Translations under genes and position numbers: made by a program | From: a virus | Lineage: Duplodnaviria > Caudoviricetes | DNA: 30,268 nucleotides | Reading direction: 5' to 3' (one strand) | IMG/VR virus record: IMGVR_UViG_3300036713_000669 | Span: 1-30,268 of that record | The notes under the pieces: model-generated | Told to the model about the DNA's origin: nothing | The model's input: the letters and a program-made list of their open reading frames with translations, nothing else | The model's database searches: none | Shown here: one piece after another, positions 26,822 to 30,268 of the stretch | How the letters are laid out: each line of letters begins with the position of its first letter | How positions within the stretch are numbered: position 1 is the first letter of the stretch

Positions 26822-27477
26822 TGTTAGTTTACAGCAATAACGCGATTGGACATTTAAACGCCTCAGTATCAATTGGGGCGACAACCCTTGTCTTGGAGAC
26901 TGGAGACGGGGCAAACTTCCCATCGCCCACGGCCAATCAATTTTTTTATGTCCGGCTAGGGAATGATACAACTAACGAAGTTGTCAAGGTTACAGGGAGG
27001 GCGGGGGATACTTTTACGTGTGAGGCAACAAGCAGTGGTTGGGACGCTGAGACTTTAGTTATTTGTAGTGTCGCTGCCGAAGTGTTTGATGAGTTTTTGC
27101 AATTGGACGCTGCCGATCAAACTGTGAAAGGGTTTAAAGTACAAAGTTATGCGGAGGTTTTGGGCACGCCTTCTAGTTCGTCTGGTGTTTTGACAATTAA
27201 CCTGGATGATGCTAATCTATTTAGCACAACATTAACTGAAGATATCACGACATTAACTATATCAAATGTGCCGTCAGGGGTTGCAAACTTCGTGTTAATT
27301 TTTACTCAAGATGGCACGGGGAGCTGGAGTGTAACTTGGCCCGCAAGTTTTAAATGGCCTGGCGGCAATTCCCACTCCGTTACTGCCGCCGCAGGGAGTA
27401 TTGACGTTATAGTGGGATTCAGTATGGACGGAGGCTCAACTTGGTTAATGTCTTTAGCAGGGGCCGATTATTCATAA
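26821..27477 (+). CDS. Short tail-fibre/virion protein
   Basis: N-terminal NNA...L..GDGANFP...EVVKVT.R.GDT.T attachment domain; C-terminal QDGTGS..VTWP..FKWPGG domain. Confidence 0.7.
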   Translation: MLVYSNNAIGHLNASVSIGATTLVLETGDGANFPSPTANQFFYVRLGNDTTNEVVKVTGRAGDTFTCEATSSGWDAETLVICSVAAEVFDEFLQLDAADQTVKGFKVQSYAEVLGTPSSSSGVLTINLDDANLFSTTLTEDITTLTISNVPSGVANFVLIFTQDGTGSWSVTWPASFKWPGGNSHSVTAAAGSIDVIVGFSMDGGSTWLMSLAGADYS

Positions 27478-27690
27478 CTTTGTTTTTTGCAATTGCCTAG
27501 CTCGTCGGGACGCTTAAAATTGTGGCCCAGCTTATGTACTCCGACCATAAGCTAAATGCAAAAAGACAAAAGAAAGGGATGGGCCGCACACTCGGAGCAC
27601 TAACTAGCACCGCCCAGCAGCTAATTGTAAAAAGAAAAGCCAGACTTCCACCACAGGCCCAGAGTATCGCCCAATAACCAATTGCAACAA
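27478..27690. repeat. Cluster of 57-bp-family units at a convergent junction (1.5 clear units at 27605-27690 plus degenerate boxes)
   Basis: tagcaccgcccagcagctaattgtaaaaagaaaagcc...gagtatcgcccaata, nearly identical to 29444-29525. Confidence 0.85.
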
Positions 27691-27886
27691 GATTGTTGCC
27701 AGTTGATGATCCTGTAAAAAATTTTTCAGAATTAAGCGAATCTGTGTTAATATTTTTCTAAAGCAAATCTTAAAAAAAGGGGGGCGGGGGGTAAAAAAAT
27801 GACGATTCTTTTTGCAATGGAAAGCTGGGGCTAAGCTATTAAAATAGTGTGAAATCAACCCGCTTTTTAGCGGGCTGATGGCTATA

Positions 27887-28363
27887 TCAATAACTAAAAA
27901 GCTCCTTAATGTTTATAGTTACACCTGCTCTCTTGTCGCGGATGAGCGGGGTTTCTGGAGAATAAGGGCGATTGCGATTGCGATCCCCAAGAAAAACGTT
28001 AATACTATGGGAGGGCGGCACAACAACCCAGGCGGATTTTACGCCCATTTCAAAGTACATCTCTGTCTTTTCAACTAAATATGAGATATACTGTTGGGGC
28101 GATAATATCTCAATAACTAGGTCTGGGATCTCGACGGCGACAGTCCTATCTATCGTCATATCAATCTGACCTTGCGTGTAAACCGCCAAATCTGGCTTGA
28201 CGTAGTTTTGCCATTCTGAACGCCATTTAGCTGGATTTGGGAGAGATAGCGTGCTGATGCTTAGCTCAGTTAAAACAATTTTACCTGGATTCTTGCTAAT
28301 CAGCAAGCTAGAAAGTTTCGCCTGTAAAAAGGCGTGATGTTTTGCAGCCATGATTGTGTTCAT
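27887..28363 (-). CDS. Uma2 (DUF820) family PD-(D/E)xK endonuclease-like protein
   Basis: H..LQ..L, ELS, KPDLAV, PDLVIEILSP, K...YF..GVKS.WVV.P. Confidence 0.88.
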   Translation of the reverse strand: MNTIMAAKHHAFLQAKLSSLLISKNPGKIVLTELSISTLSLPNPAKWRSEWQNYVKPDLAVYTQGQIDMTIDRTVAVEIPDLVIEILSPQQYISYLVEKTEMYFEMGVKSAWVVVPPSHSINVFLGDRNRNRPYSPETPLIRDKRAGVTINIKELFSY

Positions 28364-28435
28364 ATCTTAGTTAGTGCGTAAATAAAAAATGATTGTCAAA
28401 TGTAGGGGCGATGACATCCACCCCTACTCCACCAC

Positions 28436-28711
28436 TTAATCTACTATAACTCTGCGTATCTCAGCAGTTAGGGCGTTGTACTTGGCAATCGCGTTGTGGC
28501 GTTTTAACTCATCATTCAGGAAATCGTTGAATTTTTCCCGATATGCCAAATCATCACACTCACAAGGAAAGCAAGTGGGCAAGGATGGATGAAGAGTAGC
28601 TAAAAAAGCGTCTCGCTCACAGTATGGACATCTCACTCTATTCATTAGAGCAGAGGGCCTAAACCAAGTCCCGCATCGACATTGCCATGTAATCTCATTA
28701 AACTTAGTCAT
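28436..28711 (-). CDS. Small Cys-rich (zinc-ribbon-like) protein
   Basis: CRCG...RCPYC...C.PCEC; GGTGA RBS before ATG 28711. Confidence 0.6.
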   Translation of the reverse strand: MTKFNEITWQCRCGTWFRPSALMNRVRCPYCERDAFLATLHPSLPTCFPCECDDLAYREKFNDFLNDELKRHNAIAKYNALTAEIRRVIVD

Positions 28712-28804
28712 ATAGTCACCATTAAATTTAAAGTTAATCAATACGAATCAATATAAATCAAGTGAGGGTGTATAATACACCACTCACTTAATGAATGTCA
28801 AGGG

Positions 28805-29236
28805 TTAAAAAAGAGCCATAGTTGTTGGCCCATCATTAAGCGCGTCATCAATATCAACATAACGCCCTGTAGCGATACTAACGATTGTGATAGCTAACCT
28901 GTGTTTGTAGGCTGTCTTTATCATGTTTAGGGTTCCAGATCGAACCCTCTTTTCATCCCAAAACGCCAGTAAATGTGTCGCGGCTTTTGCCATTTGGGCG
29001 TTGCGGATTGGGCCTGCTGATCGCCCGTATTGTTGCCAATCAGCTTTAAATCGCATAATCGGCAGGAAATGTTCGGTTGCATATTGTTCTCCCAAGGTAT
29101 CCACACCTTTAGCAGCCCCAGACACAATTATTAATTCTTGCTCAGTATGGGCGGCGCGGAAAAGATGGATATGCGTTTTAATGAGCCCGTAATCAGAACA
29201 ATGACGACTACCTGCAACAATCAACTTAATGGACAT
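28805..29236 (-). CDS. SLOG-family protein (DUF2493/YspA-like)
   Basis: LIVAGSR, IVSG.AKGVD.LGE.YA, ADW..YGRSAGPIRN.QM, AFWD...SGT.NMI. Confidence 0.88.
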   Translation of the reverse strand: MSIKLIVAGSRHCSDYGLIKTHIHLFRAAHTEQELIIVSGAAKGVDTLGEQYATEHFLPIMRFKADWQQYGRSAGPIRNAQMAKAATHLLAFWDEKRVRSGTLNMIKTAYKHRLAITIVSIATGRYVDIDDALNDGPTTMALF

Positions 29237-29443
29237 AATTATTACCCCCATCCTTAATTGAAATAAATCAAAATTAATCAATACAGGAGTAATAATAACA
29301 CAGGTTTAGTGCTTGTCAACCCCTTTTGTTAAATATTTTTTAACCTATTTTTTAACCCTTATATATAATTAGATAGACTATAAAAACCAAATTGTCAATA
29401 GTGAGGCGGTATTTTTTTTAATCTGTGCCCCGCAAGTATGGAG

Positions 29444-30050
29444 TAGCACCGCCCAGCATCTAATTGTAAAAAGAAAAGCCCGACTCCCGCCACAGGCCCA
29501 GAGTATCGCCCAATAGCTAATTGCAAAAAGAAAAGCCTGACCTCCGCTACAGGGCCAGAGCACCGCCCAGTATCTAAATGCAAAAAGAAAAGCCAGGCTC
29601 CCGCTACAGGGCCAGAGCATCGCCCAGTATTTAAATGCAAAAAGAAAAGCCAGGCTCCCGCTACAGGGCCTGAGCACCGCCCAGTACCTAAATGCAAAAA
29701 GAAAAGCCTGACCTCCGCTACAGGGCCAGAGCATCGCCCAGTATTTAAATGCAAAAAGAAAAGCCAGGCTCCCGCTACAGGGCCGGAGCACCGCCCAGTA
29801 CCTAAATGCAAAAAGAAAAGCCTGACCTCCGCTACAGGGCCAGAGCACCGCCCAGTATTTAAATGCAAAAAGAAAAGCCAGGCTCCCGCTACAGGGCCGG
29901 AGCACCGCCCAGTATCTAAATGCAAAAAGAAAAGCCTGACCTCCGCTACAGGGCCAGAGCACCGCCCAGTATCTAAATGCAAAAAGAAAAGCCAGACCTC
30001 CGCTACAGGGCCAGAGCATCGCCCAATAGCTAATTGCAAAAAGAAAAAGG
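29444..30050 (-). repeat. 57-bp tandem repeat array (10 full units + partial), inverted relative to the 24.8 kb array
   Basis: CGCCCA cores at 29450, 29507 ... 30020 with exact 57-bp period. Confidence 0.95.
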
Positions 30051-30181
30051 GGGGGGAGTACCAAAGGCCCTAAACACTCCGACCAGAAGTTAATTATAAA
30101 AAGGCTTCTCTGTACTGCGGGGAATAGTTCCATCTAAATGCTTCCCAACCCTAAAGATTATGGGCGCAGAGGAGTAAGTGG

Positions 30182-30239
30182 AAGGAAGCAAATATGCTTC
30201 CCTGTACAAACGAAAGGAAGCAAATATGCTTCCCTGTAC
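30182..30239. repeat. Two 26-bp direct repeats, each containing the palindrome GGAAGCA-aata-TGCTTCC
   Basis: aaggaagcaaatatgcttccctgtac at 30182-30207 and 30214-30239. Confidence 0.9.
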
Positions 30240-30268
30240 TCGATTTTAGCTATTTTTTTTTCCAAATT

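Noticed and set aside
29438-30060. ATG-GAG-TAG followed by an open EHRPVSKCKKKS.. repeat frame with several synonymous variants (possible amber read-through)
   Set aside because: No RBS, no suppressor tRNA, TAG is used as a normal stop in MCP and terL, and diverged copies are out of frame. Not fully excluded; proteomics would settle it.
29378-30133. Long repeat ORFs (251 aa, 214 aa; likewise 24772-25176, 24801-25139, 24786-25166, 9275-9484, 27604-27858)
   Set aside because: Several frames are open simply because a stop-free 57-bp unit is repeated; the 9.3 kb copies have 58-59 bp spacing, which breaks frame.
30263-30268. Last 6 nt (caaatt) equal the first 6 nt, hinting at circularity
   Set aside because: Too short and AT-rich to support the claim alone.

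Overview
A ~30 kb stretch of tailed-phage DNA, podovirus-like, possibly most or all of a small phage or prophage-derived element. It encodes an N4-gp56-type major capsid protein, a P22-like portal, TerS/TerL, RcGTA-like head-spike base and fibre proteins, adaptor/tail proteins, a Toprim-SF3 primase-helicase, YqaJ-RecT, a holin, an M15 endolysin, a degenerate tRNA(CAT) and several accessory genes. I see no integrase, DNA polymerase, cas genes or large ejection proteins. The most unusual features are non-coding or architectural. (1) A family of ~57-bp hairpin + U-tract repeats forms tandem arrays at several gene junctions, almost always oriented with local transcription, and sits at apparent duplication/insertion breakpoints next to the RecT module. 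(2) terS and terL are head-to-head with zero spacer (CAT|ATG), each with its Shine-Dalgarno inside the other gene. (3) A cas-less, promoter-driven single-spacer CRISPR-like mini-array is followed by a second promoter and a candidate sRNA. (4) G-quadruplex direct repeats flank a moron gene. (5) An iteron/IHF-like origin region is present. All family assignments come from motif recognition by eye, not from database searches.
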